From the IMG/VR virus record IMGVR_UViG_3300031669_005479, positions 138,815-202,814 of that record: a DNA stretch of 64,000 bases, one strand, 5' to 3'. The DNA comes from a virus. Lineage: Duplodnaviria > Caudoviricetes. Positions 21,901-31,461 of this stretch are shown one piece after another; the first letter of the stretch is position 1, and the number at the start of each line of letters is the position of its first letter. Under the pieces are notes generated by a model. That model was not told the DNA's origin, did not search any database, and was given only the letters and a program-made list of their open reading frames with translations. A program made the translations under genes and the position numbers.

Positions 21901-23589
21901 GATATTCTACCTTGGGTTGACAATATTGCAATATTTTTTGATAAGTATGTCAACTCAGTGGCAGCGACAAACAGTAACATAAAATTTAATAATGGTAGTT
22001 TAATTGCTGCAGATTTGCATGACATTAAAAATTATATGTCGGTTAATGATAAGGAATTATTCAAAAAAGAGTTTATTAACTTTTATAGCGGTAGTGGTTC
22101 ATTTAACTATGCAAGTATCTTGGTGCAATTACAGGCAATGTGGAGTGATGCAACATCGCTTGCATCAAATACTTCTTTTAGTGGAACCTTAACTGATGCA
22201 ATTAATGCATATATTAATCCTAAAGCAGATTCAATTGAAAATGGCCCATCTACTTCAACATATTATAGTGAATTGATTAAACCATTAATTGAAAGAACTA
22301 ATATTCTGGTTTATAGTCAAATAACATTTAAAATGCCAAGCATTGACAAACCAAAAAATCCTACATATATGTCAGGTGGAACTGGCTGCTATAAATCAAT
22401 TGGGACGGGTAATGCAACAAGTAATGCATTTTTCTCGACATTTTTCTTAAAATTGGGTCAAAATATTACTGATAAAAATAAACAACTTAAGGATGAGCAG
22501 GATGCTCAGGATAAATTAAAGGGTGATATAGATATTTTAACACAAACATACTATTCGTTTAAAAATATTAACGATAAGTGGCTAACTGGTCCAACAACAA
22601 AAACAAATAATACTGGATATCCATTTAATCGTAAGGGTTCAAAATTAATTGATTCGTTTGCTTTTGTTGATAGGGCAATGAACCCTATTGGAGATACAAT
22701 AATTAATGCCGAACTATTATTACAAATATTTGACGATCCTAATATTTCGGTGTTCAGCGCATTATCACAATTGCTATCATCAAACGGATTTGAATTTTTT
22801 CCATTACAAAATTTTATGAATTTTGGACAAAAAACTGATGGGTCTGATGAAAAGGCATGGGAAGAATCATTTAAAATTGATATGAGCGGTCTAGTTAAAA
22901 GCGATACTGCCTTTGTGTGTATGTATATTGGTGGTGCATCAAGTTATCCGTCAGTATCTAGTAATGGATTTCAAAACGATGGTATAATAAATATTGCTGC
23001 TCCAGGAGTTGGTGGTTTTTCTACAAATAGTGATGCCATAGAAACACAAGAAACTAATTTTTCTGAATTTCCTTGGAAAGCAGTACGTGCGTTTAGAGTT
23101 AGATTTGGCGAACAAAATCAGAGCATGTTTACTGACGTTAAGATAGAAAGTAAAGAATATCCAGAAACTAATGAAAGCATTCAAATACTTTCAAGACTTG
23201 CTGGGGATAATAAAATAAATGCGCCGACACCTAAAGGTCAAAATTTATATAATTTATATGAAAATAGATCATACAATGCAACAGTCACTTCATTTGGAAA
23301 TGTAATGATTCAACCAACCCAATATTTTCAATTAGAAAATGTGCCAATGTATAATGGTGCATACATTATTTTAAGTGTTGAGCATAACATTACACCAAAT
23401 AAAATGACAACAACATTTAGTGGAACTAAAATGCTTAAATATCCTTCACCACGAGTATTGAGTCCTGTTGCATTTGTGGGTTTTTCTGATATATCTAACT
23501 TAAGTGCTGGTCAATTTACACAGGCAGCATTAACATCAAACATTGATAAAACAAAATTTAATTCAATGTATACATTTAAAATTGAATAA
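18967..23589 (+). CDS. 1540-aa putative virion structural protein (baseplate or tail associated)
   Basis: Very long ORF with a late motif at 18941, beta-rich ends, upstream of a muralytic enzyme; function inferred from context. Confidence 0.6.
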   Translation: MSSQPTNKYSSTVRNGNVILVEPNSININTTNIGNIPFVNGVPEYQDMYIFAELSAESRGRTLIINNNGSSSNGTKVNLMGVNQDSSVGNPDLNKFTTNYYDGSMGTREVLESFGISSIKVTVNSSYVPQVNIQFIDIRGLSFFNQEKSPYRILFDFPPPIFTLTIKGYYGRALRYQLHLVKYTSEFQAHSGNFVIDADFVAMTFAPLSDILFRYIVNVPLIISHAASPNPASPPVNTNDLIIKLRGLYSRIRDKINTQTETKSYDEILNQQKTIANVLDIINGFGNNSRLTQGGAVPYMMVKTVETNANWIIKNSPPTQPDEYAVLQRIKTSSDYDTIIKQQETDGTTTTFVNRLLIGYVAETNLSSSDTGDTKPTFPSYTGNTLHFSDLSDNLNYYAKLLMDNQPTSNRLTVNSADKNIYNGKNISNDGNSRTRYVVIDITDYYNAIYKISDKLEKQRIELGNQINVKVNAITIGELGMLPTIYNVFKIILDDVDDFFSQLRTVSLNAETEHNKSTAKAIILGEDKSVNPKDNYVYSFPLIVRRSDNGSEERIAPVELSKRTAFPELDFVQNFIDTFQQQHALNIQNDLRNQQNADGSFKWIPISPLDSTIGGGTAQSPYIGLDTSGSSDDKITQVYKILLRRYYILSQAIMPDEFGGIDDNGKRSDAFRTLYANAEASNLAEALSASLNTDFLSKMKDESLQYNSATKISKFYNNIKDITDIDAQGNTIKLTNFPNNTVKGFKLNPNDDIISYVDKGNIDFHGVNLNVGLIEIRDKTSDPSESTDPVEKFFSDAQGSWWKTIFIGEPNVYWYDFSLQNVFYIRDGQDEESKKDSTVDGIVLKSIYLASPNVMSTVYYYQDYYKALAKGNNIWESAGAKSSTNLNSSTDITKVWSSFLGDFGSIVYSDIIAPDNSDASKLLSAMYILSNFGNTYGPFNVVGNDLNYNVFSQPAAVEVPTFFPAYIGALVHALEGDGDILPWVDNIAIFFDKYVNSVAATNSNIKFNNGSLIAADLHDIKNYMSVNDKELFKKEFINFYSGSGSFNYASILVQLQAMWSDATSLASNTSFSGTLTDAINAYINPKADSIENGPSTSTYYSELIKPLIERTNILVYSQITFKMPSIDKPKNPTYMSGGTGCYKSIGTGNATSNAFFSTFFLKLGQNITDKNKQLKDEQDAQDKLKGDIDILTQTYYSFKNINDKWLTGPTTKTNNTGYPFNRKGSKLIDSFAFVDRAMNPIGDTIINAELLLQIFDDPNISVFSALSQLLSSNGFEFFPLQNFMNFGQKTDGSDEKAWEESFKIDMSGLVKSDTAFVCMYIGGASSYPSVSSNGFQNDGIINIAAPGVGGFSTNSDAIETQETNFSEFPWKAVRAFRVRFGEQNQSMFTDVKIESKEYPETNESIQILSRLAGDNKINAPTPKGQNLYNLYENRSYNATVTSFGNVMIQPTQYFQLENVPMYNGAYIILSVEHNITPNKMTTTFSGTKMLKYPSPRVLSPVAFVGFSDISNLSAGQFTQAALTSNIDKTKFNSMYTFKIE

Positions 23590-23590
23590 T

Positions 23591-24526
23591 ATGGCATATA
23601 CTGCAATAACACAAGAAGGCAAAAGTTTTATACTAAACGCTTGTAAAACGCCATCATCACGGGTATCAAAGTTAGGCTATGATGTGTTTCATGGCAAAAG
23701 TCCTGATAGAATAAACGACCCAAAAGATAGTAATTATAATACTGATGGTCATTTACCATATTGTAGTCCACAAATTAGTGGTGATAAAATTTGGTATTCT
23801 AGTCCAAAAGATGATGCAGGAAATTTGATTACAACAACAGATATGTTGGCAGAAAATTTAATTAAATGGTTTGACTTATACGCAAATCAATATCAAATTG
23901 ATGCGAATATTGTTGCAGCACAAGCGTATCAAGAATCTGGATATTTATTATGGAACTATCCATTAACTAGTACTGCATCTGGTATAAATCAATTTACTGC
24001 AGATACAATATTTGGTTTTTTTGGTAATGGTCAGCAATTTAGTTCAGAATTTACCGTAGGTGAAAGAAATTTAATTACTGCAAATTTATCTGGAAATCTC
24101 GGTATTAAAGATACGTTTAGTGTTTCAGCACAACTCGGTAAAGAAAATAGAGCAACATTGCATCAAAATATAATAAATAACCCCAAAGTGATGATTAAAG
24201 CACAATGCATCTACTTAAAATATATTTCAGGTAGATGTGGTGGTTTAGCAAGTAGTACGTTGTTTGGATATAGTAGAGGCCCAGGTCTTGCTAAATCATC
24301 CTACACAAAAAGTATACAGGCAGCCTCAACATCCAAATATGGTGCTAATTATTATTTAGAGGGTGTTAACTATGTGTATGGAATATTTAATTTTCTTGGA
24401 AATCCTAAGTATAGTAAATTAGGATATTTTGGATACGATAAAGAACCACACGATCTTAAACTAAATCAGCCATATGACACATATGCTGCAGAGGTTGAAG
24501 AAGGAAAACACATACTATCAAACTAA
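23591..24526 (+). CDS. SLT-type lytic transglycosylase
   Basis: DANIVAAQAYQESG catalytic Glu, ASGINQF; start moved to the ATG at 23591. Confidence 0.75.
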   Translation: MAYTAITQEGKSFILNACKTPSSRVSKLGYDVFHGKSPDRINDPKDSNYNTDGHLPYCSPQISGDKIWYSSPKDDAGNLITTTDMLAENLIKWFDLYANQYQIDANIVAAQAYQESGYLLWNYPLTSTASGINQFTADTIFGFFGNGQQFSSEFTVGERNLITANLSGNLGIKDTFSVSAQLGKENRATLHQNIINNPKVMIKAQCIYLKYISGRCGGLASSTLFGYSRGPGLAKSSYTKSIQAASTSKYGANYYLEGVNYVYGIFNFLGNPKYSKLGYFGYDKEPHDLKLNQPYDTYAAEVEEGKHILSN

Positions 24527-25305
24527 AGTAATTCCCTTTTTAGTTCATGTAAATTGATAATGTTGTCTTCAACATTATCAATTTTATATGCCATTTCCTT
24601 AATTTTCTGTATTGCAATTGCAACTTTATCTTTTGTATTTTCTTTGTTTATATTCTCTAGTATAGAGATTGTTTCAGATTTATATGATTCAAGTAATGAT
24701 TTTTTTTCTTCGTTGCTTGACTTAATGAGAATTTTTAATAGGTTCTTATCGTCCTCATTTAACATATCATATTTTTCATTAAATTTATCTACAGCAATTT
24801 CTATAACATCTTCATTTATGTCGTTAATATTAATGTCTTCAAGCATTACGCCTCGCTTTGGTTGTTTAATATGATTTAGAACAACTTCAAATGACTCATG
24901 AATACTATCCACATCAATTTCGTCATAATTTGTAAGTGATTCCATAATCAGATCATCGATTGCATTATATAGTTTCACCTTATTCTCATCGAGAGAAATA
25001 TTGTTTTCTGAAATTATTGATGCAACTCTTTTACGTTCTTCAATAATCTCATCTATTGTATATACTTCAAATAGTTTAATGTTATTATCAATATAACGAG
25101 TAGCAGCCAAATCGTTTTCAATATGCTTATTTTCCATATTATTAAACACTTTGAATTCCAATTGAAGTATTGGGGAATTTTTTATAATATCAAAAAAATT
25201 AAATGCTAATTTCTTGGATTCTTCTAGCAGTGCATCATTAAAATATGATTCCTTTAATCTATTGGAAATTATCAAATTAACAATTCCTATATTAGTGTTT
25301 TTCAT
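24523..25305 (-). CDS. hypothetical head-module protein
   Basis: Follows the portal gene; late motif upstream; several LxE/IxE sites. Confidence 0.7.
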   Translation of the reverse strand: MKNTNIGIVNLIISNRLKESYFNDALLEESKKLAFNFFDIIKNSPILQLEFKVFNNMENKHIENDLAATRYIDNNIKLFEVYTIDEIIEERKRVASIISENNISLDENKVKLYNAIDDLIMESLTNYDEIDVDSIHESFEVVLNHIKQPKRGVMLEDININDINEDVIEIAVDKFNEKYDMLNEDDKNLLKILIKSSNEEKKSLLESYKSETISILENINKENTKDKVAIAIQKIKEMAYKIDNVEDNIINLHELKRELL

Positions 25306-25386
25306 ATGGTATGTTTCGATTTAATATAAATACTATAATTAGTTATAAATGTTATCTTAATGTCATATTAATGTGCAATATATTAA

Positions 25387-28300
25387 CTATTCGTTTAACT
25401 CGAAGTTCTCAATATTCTCAATATCAATATCTTCTGACTCATCAATTTTTTGCAACATGTTGATACTTTTGTTGTTTTCTAAAAAACCACTAATTTCATT
25501 AATCATATCAAGTGCTTTATTGTTTAGTGAATCATTAATTTCAGTATTTTCTCGAATTATTTCTTTATGTCGAATTTCATTTTTTACGTCAGATTCGTTA
25601 CTGCTGCCATAAACTAATTGTTCCACATGTTGATTATATTCTTCAGCAGTTAACCTACGATTATTTTCCATCATTGGTTCACCACCAACGCCTCCAATAG
25701 GGGCATTTGTAGTGGTTGGACCACCCATTGGAGTACCTGCTCCACCAGTGGGTGCAGCACCTGCTTCGGGTGGCATTCCAGTTGCTGGAGTACCAGTTGC
25801 AGCACCTGCTTCAGGTGGCATTCCAGTTGCTTCGGTTCCACCACTAGATGGCATGTTGTTTGTAGGTTCACCAAATTTTTTATCGATATCAGCAAATAAT
25901 CCAGATTTTTTTATTGTGACTGGAGCATCTGCAAGTTCTTGCATAACAACCTTTTCCATTTTTTGTTGTTTCAAGTCTTCAACAATTTCCCTATCTGACA
26001 TATTGAATATCATGCGTTTTGCTGAAGTATGTGACATTGCAGCAATACCACCATCATTACGTGTTAATTCGGCATATGTTTGTGCCTTATCTCGCATTAA
26101 TTCTGATTTCAATAATTCTGCTTGTGTACTTGGATTCGTAAGTGTTAGCGTAAAACTATTAAGGTCTTCAGTATTATAGCCTAGCAAAAATAGGTGAACC
26201 ATTGCCATTTTATTTAATTCCTGAATTATTGCCTGTTGAATACGATTAATTTTTTTTGCAAATCTTATGTCGTATTGTGCCATATTTTTACCAGCACCTG
26301 CAGCATCTTGAAAACTTAAAAATGGTTTAGGGATACCTAATCCAATAAATAAATTATCTCTAAGATATTCAATATCTTGAATTGCATCCAAATTTGAATT
26401 ATATGTAAAAATACCATTTGTTAATGCAAACGTGTGATGATTATGTAATTTTTCTTGTCCATCAATAGTAATTGTACCCGTATCTTGTTTTTCTGTTAAA
26501 TGTTCAATAGACACAATCTTATGATTATAACAAGGAACTTTGTGTTTAAAGTCGTTCCAATTAGTATATCCAAAATGTTTTAATAATTTATCAATATTAT
26601 TTCGAGTAATTTCAGTCATTTTATTCAACTGTTTATTATTCGGATTTAATATGTTAAATTCATTTAGCCATTCAGAATTATCAGTATTTATTTTCTTTTC
26701 AAGAATTAAATCAATTCTGCCCAACTCATTATAATAATCAACAATTAAATCAAGTAGTTTTTCAGAATATTTAATTGATTGTTTTTCTTTAATAATGTTT
26801 CCCAAATTAGTATTTTTCCATTGTAATTTAGTGTTATTTGAATATCTTAACTTATTTTCTGGTTTATTTTTTGTTTCAGCAGATTTTAATCTAATATTTT
26901 CAATAATTACGTTTTTATTTGGATTATTACTAAAAGTATTTGCTGATTTAGTTCTTGATTTTAATGAATTATTAATGGCCGTTTTTCTTTTTATTGTAAG
27001 ATTTTCAACTGAAATATTATTCCAATATGTGTTAAGTCCCAGTTTTCTTAAATTTTTATGTAGAATTTTTGTATCATTATCATATAAATCATACATTTCT
27101 TTAGCAGTATTATTATGATAATAAAAATGATCCTTAGAATTCATAAAACATAAATTTTCTGGATTATTATTATGTCTATTATAATCTTTATGATGAATTG
27201 TTTGTAAATTATCTGTATTAATTTTATGTATTAAAATTTCATGTTTATTTTTTTCTTTCATATAATTGGCAACTACTCGATGCGTATATAACCAATCATT
27301 TATTGAATGATCATAAACCATTTCATAAGTATTTCTCACGCCAGAACCACCCTTTATAATATTTTCTTTTTTATTAAACGACCACATGGATTCACCAACT
27401 AACAAATCTTTAGCTTCCTTTTTACCGTTAAATTTTGTTGGGAATTTATGGTCAGGAGTACAAATAATTGATTTTCCACTATCTAATGTAATTTTAATAA
27501 CATCGGTATTTTTTCTTGTAATACCTGCCCACGTAATTTTACCTGGAACAATTGATCCAGTATTTGGATTAATAGAATATGTCCAAAGTTCTTTTCCATT
27601 ATTAAATTCATTAATTATTTCATTTAATTCTAAACTTCTACCATTAAGTAAATCAATCTTAGTATCTAAAGCTAAACATGCACCAGGTAGAGTATCAATT
27701 CCAGTTTGCGTATTTGCATTTCTTACTGGAAGAAAATAGTCTTCATCATTTCCAAGTATATTAAAACGATAGTCAATTTGGCCATCATTTGGATTTATTT
27801 GTGCAGTTTTTTTAAATTTTGTCGCTACCTTATAGATATATTCTTCAATATCGTCTTCATCAATATTTCCTACGTCAATTTTAAATACCTTCTTTTCACC
27901 TGCTCTAATTATACGATAGGTTAACATGGCATCTTCTGCCATTACTAATTGGCGAAATACTCTTCGTACCTTATTTAAAACCGAACTACCGTATGGAAGA
28001 TACTTATCGTCACCAAGTAGTCTAAAATGGGCAATTTCAAATACATTAAATTCGTCACCCGTCATCCTTTCTTTAAATTTAACTACTGGTTTACCGTTTT
28101 GAATTCTTTCATATCTTTCGATTTCATAATTAACCAATTGTTTTACGTGTGTTATACCCTTTTTACGCTCACCGTATAGTAAGACAAAATTATCACCATA
28201 CTTTACAGTATTTCTTACCCAAAATGGTAGATTAACATTAACATTTACAATATCATAAAAAAATTCTTCTAGCAACAACTTTATTCGTTCCTTGTTAGAA

Positions 28301-28689
28301 TAAATATTTAACATTTTGCCATTCAATCCAATTGTTGTTGCCTCTTCCATAAATAAATCCAATGCACTTGAAATGATTGGATAATATTCCATTCCTTCAT
28401 AATCAATATATGCTGGAAGCCTTGCTGCTTCATACTGTAATGCCTTTTGAAATCCCCTATCTGTTGTTCTAAAAAACTTGCTTTCTAGTTCACGTTTCTG
28501 TTCTAACTCTAAACCCTTCCTATGTATTTCTTCTGGACTATTACCCTTAATTATAATCTTTGCTTTTTCTTGTGTTGTTGTTGATTGTGAAACCAATGGT
28601 TGTGCATCCTGAAAACCAAACCCATCAAGATTTAGCATTTTATTTAATTGCTGATATATTGTCCCGTTTTTTTGTTCTTCGTTAGCCAT
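25387..28689 (-). CDS. portal protein (T4 gp20-like) containing an intein
   Basis: ISSALD, VKYGDNF, HFRLLG, YRIIRAGEKKVFKIDVGN, EDYFLPVR, TLPGA/SNL, LGIPK, FAKKINRIQ. Confidence 0.93.
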   Translation of the reverse strand: MANEEQKNGTIYQQLNKMLNLDGFGFQDAQPLVSQSTTTQEKAKIIIKGNSPEEIHRKGLELEQKRELESKFFRTTDRGFQKALQYEAARLPAYIDYEGMEYYPIISSALDLFMEEATTIGLNGKMLNIYSNKERIKLLLEEFFYDIVNVNVNLPFWVRNTVKYGDNFVLLYGERKKGITHVKQLVNYEIERYERIQNGKPVVKFKERMTGDEFNVFEIAHFRLLGDDKYLPYGSSVLNKVRRVFRQLVMAEDAMLTYRIIRAGEKKVFKIDVGNIDEDDIEEYIYKVATKFKKTAQINPNDGQIDYRFNILGNDEDYFLPVRNANTQTGIDTLPGACLALDTKIDLLNGRSLELNEIINEFNNGKELWTYSINPNTGSIVPGKITWAGITRKNTDVIKITLDSGKSIICTPDHKFPTKFNGKKEAKDLLVGESMWSFNKKENIIKGGSGVRNTYEMVYDHSINDWLYTHRVVANYMKEKNKHEILIHKINTDNLQTIHHKDYNRHNNNPENLCFMNSKDHFYYHNNTAKEMYDLYDNDTKILHKNLRKLGLNTYWNNISVENLTIKRKTAINNSLKSRTKSANTFSNNPNKNVIIENIRLKSAETKNKPENKLRYSNNTKLQWKNTNLGNIIKEKQSIKYSEKLLDLIVDYYNELGRIDLILEKKINTDNSEWLNEFNILNPNNKQLNKMTEITRNNIDKLLKHFGYTNWNDFKHKVPCYNHKIVSIEHLTEKQDTGTITIDGQEKLHNHHTFALTNGIFTYNSNLDAIQDIEYLRDNLFIGLGIPKPFLSFQDAAGAGKNMAQYDIRFAKKINRIQQAIIQELNKMAMVHLFLLGYNTEDLNSFTLTLTNPSTQAELLKSELMRDKAQTYAELTRNDGGIAAMSHTSAKRMIFNMSDREIVEDLKQQKMEKVVMQELADAPVTIKKSGLFADIDKKFGEPTNNMPSSGGTEATGMPPEAGAATGTPATGMPPEAGAAPTGGAGTPMGGPTTTNAPIGGVGGEPMMENNRRLTAEEYNQHVEQLVYGSSNESDVKNEIRHKEIIRENTEINDSLNNKALDMINEISGFLENNKSINMLQKIDESEDIDIENIENFELNE
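26398..27678 (-). mobile_element. HNH-containing intein (427 aa) in the portal
   Basis: Starts CLALDTKI, ends GIFTYN followed by Ser; internal THRVVA...IHHKDYNRHNNNPENL; removing it restores TLPGA-SNLDAIQD. Confidence 0.9.
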
Positions 28690-28766
28690 TTTTATAATTT
28701 TTTATATTTTTTTATAAATACTATTAATTTTTTGAAAAGTCTGTTAGATATAAATACAAATCAAAT

Positions 28767-30812
28767 CTACTTTCTTTCTTTTATCCCATTAAACAACCAT
28801 GCATTTACTCCGTATGGATTTAATGGCGATACGCTGTTGGGTGAAATCATTGGTCTATTATTTACATCATGTTTTTTTCCTATTTCACCAATATCATTAT
28901 TTGTTATGATTGCATTAAGCATTTTTTCTGTAATTCCCTTACTTTGCTTATATCTTGCCATATCAAAATTTAATACGTATAGGCCAATTGATAGTCCCAT
29001 AATACTATCATCGTGAAAACTACGTTTATGGTCTGCAACACGATTACCTGCTACAGTTACAAATGTTTTCAATTCATTTAATAACCTTATTGATCTAATA
29101 ATAACATCCTCTAAATGAATTGCTCTTTGCATTTCTAATACAACTGACGGTCGATTGTTGCCAATAAAAAATCCAGGAATTAAGTCTACATTTAATACTG
29201 CGCCATCTGGCATAATTTTTTGTCCTTTTTTTATGTAGCCTTGTAATCTATCACGACTTGGCTTATGAGTAACTTCTGCATAGTGAACATTTTCGTATCC
29301 GACTTCAAGTAATTTTTCAACAGTTTGTACACCATATCCACCTGTGATATCTACAACACCATATGCATTGTTATATCTTTTACCAAATTGATATGCAATT
29401 TCAGCAAGCATTTGGGGAGTTACCTTACCATAATATTCTGCAACTTGTTCAACTTTATGTCTCTTAATTTTAATTTTCTTGGTTTTATCACCCTTTTTTA
29501 TTATTTTTTCCTCAATAATTTCAACGGTTTTTAACATATTAAGTGTTGAATTGTCTTCACCGTGACCAGGGGATGCATCCAATGCCATTATATAGTCTTC
29601 TCCAGCAATAGGGTCTTCCCAAATCCACATGCCATTGTCAGTATATTCTTGACGTATTGGTGTCAATATTTCATTTTCTTCGATACGTTTAAGATATTCT
29701 TCTGCAATAAAATTGTCACCTGAACCTAAAAATGAACATAGTAATTCTTGAGCAATTTTACGCATATCACCATTGGCATTACGAACCTGCTCTTCAAACC
29801 ACGGAGAACTGGCTTCCCAGCCATCATCCATTAATTGAATTCTTTTCTCGCTATCCCAATTTTCATCAACAATTCTTATTTCGTTCTGCTTACCTTTATT
29901 TTTTAACCAAACCAATTCTTTATTATAGCGTGGGTCATTATACCACCATAGTTCAACCGCTTTAAAGTTATTTGTTTGGTTTCTTGCACCTTGGAATGTT
30001 TTATAGAATACTGCATCGAGACCAGATGGTGTACTTACCATAATTGCAGCACCACCTGTTTGTAATGTGGGTTGTGCAGAAGTCCAGAATTTGTCACCTT
30101 TCTCTGCCCATGCAGTTTCATCCCAAAATAGTAGTGTAGGTGTCATACCACGCAAACTCTTTGATGCAAATGCACCTAATTTTGAATCGTTATCATAGTA
30201 TTTTAATTTTTGGGTGTCTTTTAAATTTTTTTCTGTATCTCTACCCGTTTTGGGTTTAAGCCATGTTGGACAGTTTTCAATAAAATCAACAACATCGCTC
30301 ATCAATTCATCACGTGCTGTTTCAAGTTTATCTGCAACAATTGCTACCTGTCTATTTCTATTAAACATAACGTACCAAGCAATGTAGGCACATGTCGTTG
30401 TGGAAATACCTGCTTGACGATACTTGTTTGCAACAACAAATCGATTTCCGAGATATGCCCTAATTAATTCTTTTTGATATTCAAATAGTTTAAATGATAC
30501 AATTAAACCCGATTTACCTTGCGTTTGATCAAAAATTGTTAAATATGTTTCAATAAAATAAATTGGATTTGATGCACAACGTATAATTTCATCTTCTTGC
30601 TCTTCGTAATTTAGTTCACTTGCTCTTTTAACCCCATTCGATTTTGTAATAATAATGGCTTCAACACTACCAGATTTTTTACGTAACTCTTTTGCTAATT
30701 TTCTTTGTTCTTCCTTTTCTCTTTCTTTTTGCACATCAAATGGAACCACAGGAACGTGATCTGGAAATATTTCTTCTTCCTTATCATTTATTTTGTTAAT
30801 ATCTTCGGACAT
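28767..30812 (-). CDS. terminase large subunit (T4 gp17-like)
   Basis: NKYRQAGISTT Walker A, LLFWDETAW Walker B, VSTPSG, MALDASPG nuclease motif, HDDSIM. Confidence 0.95.
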   Translation of the reverse strand: MSEDINKINDKEEEIFPDHVPVVPFDVQKEREKEEQRKLAKELRKKSGSVEAIIITKSNGVKRASELNYEEQEDEIIRCASNPIYFIETYLTIFDQTQGKSGLIVSFKLFEYQKELIRAYLGNRFVVANKYRQAGISTTTCAYIAWYVMFNRNRQVAIVADKLETARDELMSDVVDFIENCPTWLKPKTGRDTEKNLKDTQKLKYYDNDSKLGAFASKSLRGMTPTLLFWDETAWAEKGDKFWTSAQPTLQTGGAAIMVSTPSGLDAVFYKTFQGARNQTNNFKAVELWWYNDPRYNKELVWLKNKGKQNEIRIVDENWDSEKRIQLMDDGWEASSPWFEEQVRNANGDMRKIAQELLCSFLGSGDNFIAEEYLKRIEENEILTPIRQEYTDNGMWIWEDPIAGEDYIMALDASPGHGEDNSTLNMLKTVEIIEEKIIKKGDKTKKIKIKRHKVEQVAEYYGKVTPQMLAEIAYQFGKRYNNAYGVVDITGGYGVQTVEKLLEVGYENVHYAEVTHKPSRDRLQGYIKKGQKIMPDGAVLNVDLIPGFFIGNNRPSVVLEMQRAIHLEDVIIRSIRLLNELKTFVTVAGNRVADHKRSFHDDSIMGLSIGLYVLNFDMARYKQSKGITEKMLNAIITNNDIGEIGKKHDVNNRPMISPNSVSPLNPYGVNAWLFNGIKERK

Positions 30813-30906
30813 TTATAAATATTTATAAATAAATACTATTCCATACAAAAAATAATAATGCACGTATAAAACTATACGTGCATTATTGTATATTGTATTG
30901 GTAGTA

Positions 30907-31392
30907 TTAAAATTTTATTGATGATGTTTCAACAAATTCATTGTTTTTTAGAATAATCTTTCTGGTATTTAACATGTCCATAACCTTTGTTAATGTCATA
31001 CCGTAATGAAACACTAATAATGGAATATCGTCATTTTCACTCTCAAACATTTTTTCATAATCACCAAAACCACCATTTTCATTTGATTGTTTTTCTGTCT
31101 CATATGCCAAGCAATGTATTGTATGATACCCGTGCATATATTCTCTATCAACGGATTCGTGTAAACAAAATAAATCAAATGAACTTGTTTTTAGATTATA
31201 TGTCGCATCAATGTAGTCTTCACTTGGTGGAAGTGCATTATCACAAGCAGGAGAAATGTCCCACATCCAACCTTCAACATCAATATTTGTTGAGTCTAAC
31301 GAAAAAATGAATTCGTATAGTCCATCACCCTTTGCATTATAGCCAATTTTATTAATGTATATTAATTTTAATTTATCTTCATCATTTTTCAT
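30907..31392 (-). CDS. hypothetical late protein
   Basis: 161-aa ORF with late motif upstream. Confidence 0.7.
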   Translation of the reverse strand: MKNDEDKLKLIYINKIGYNAKGDGLYEFIFSLDSTNIDVEGWMWDISPACDNALPPSEDYIDATYNLKTSSFDLFCLHESVDREYMHGYHTIHCLAYETEKQSNENGGFGDYEKMFESENDDIPLLVFHYGMTLTKVMDMLNTRKIILKNNEFVETSSIKF

Positions 31393-31426
31393 ATGAATAT
31401 GATTTTACAATAAATACTGTAAAAAT

Positions 31427-31452
31427 AAAAACCCGAATTTCTTCGGGTTTTT
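31427..31452. terminator. intrinsic terminator
   Basis: AAAAACCCGAA-tttc-TTCGGGTTTTT. Confidence 0.8.
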
Positions 31453-31461
31453 ATTTAATTA

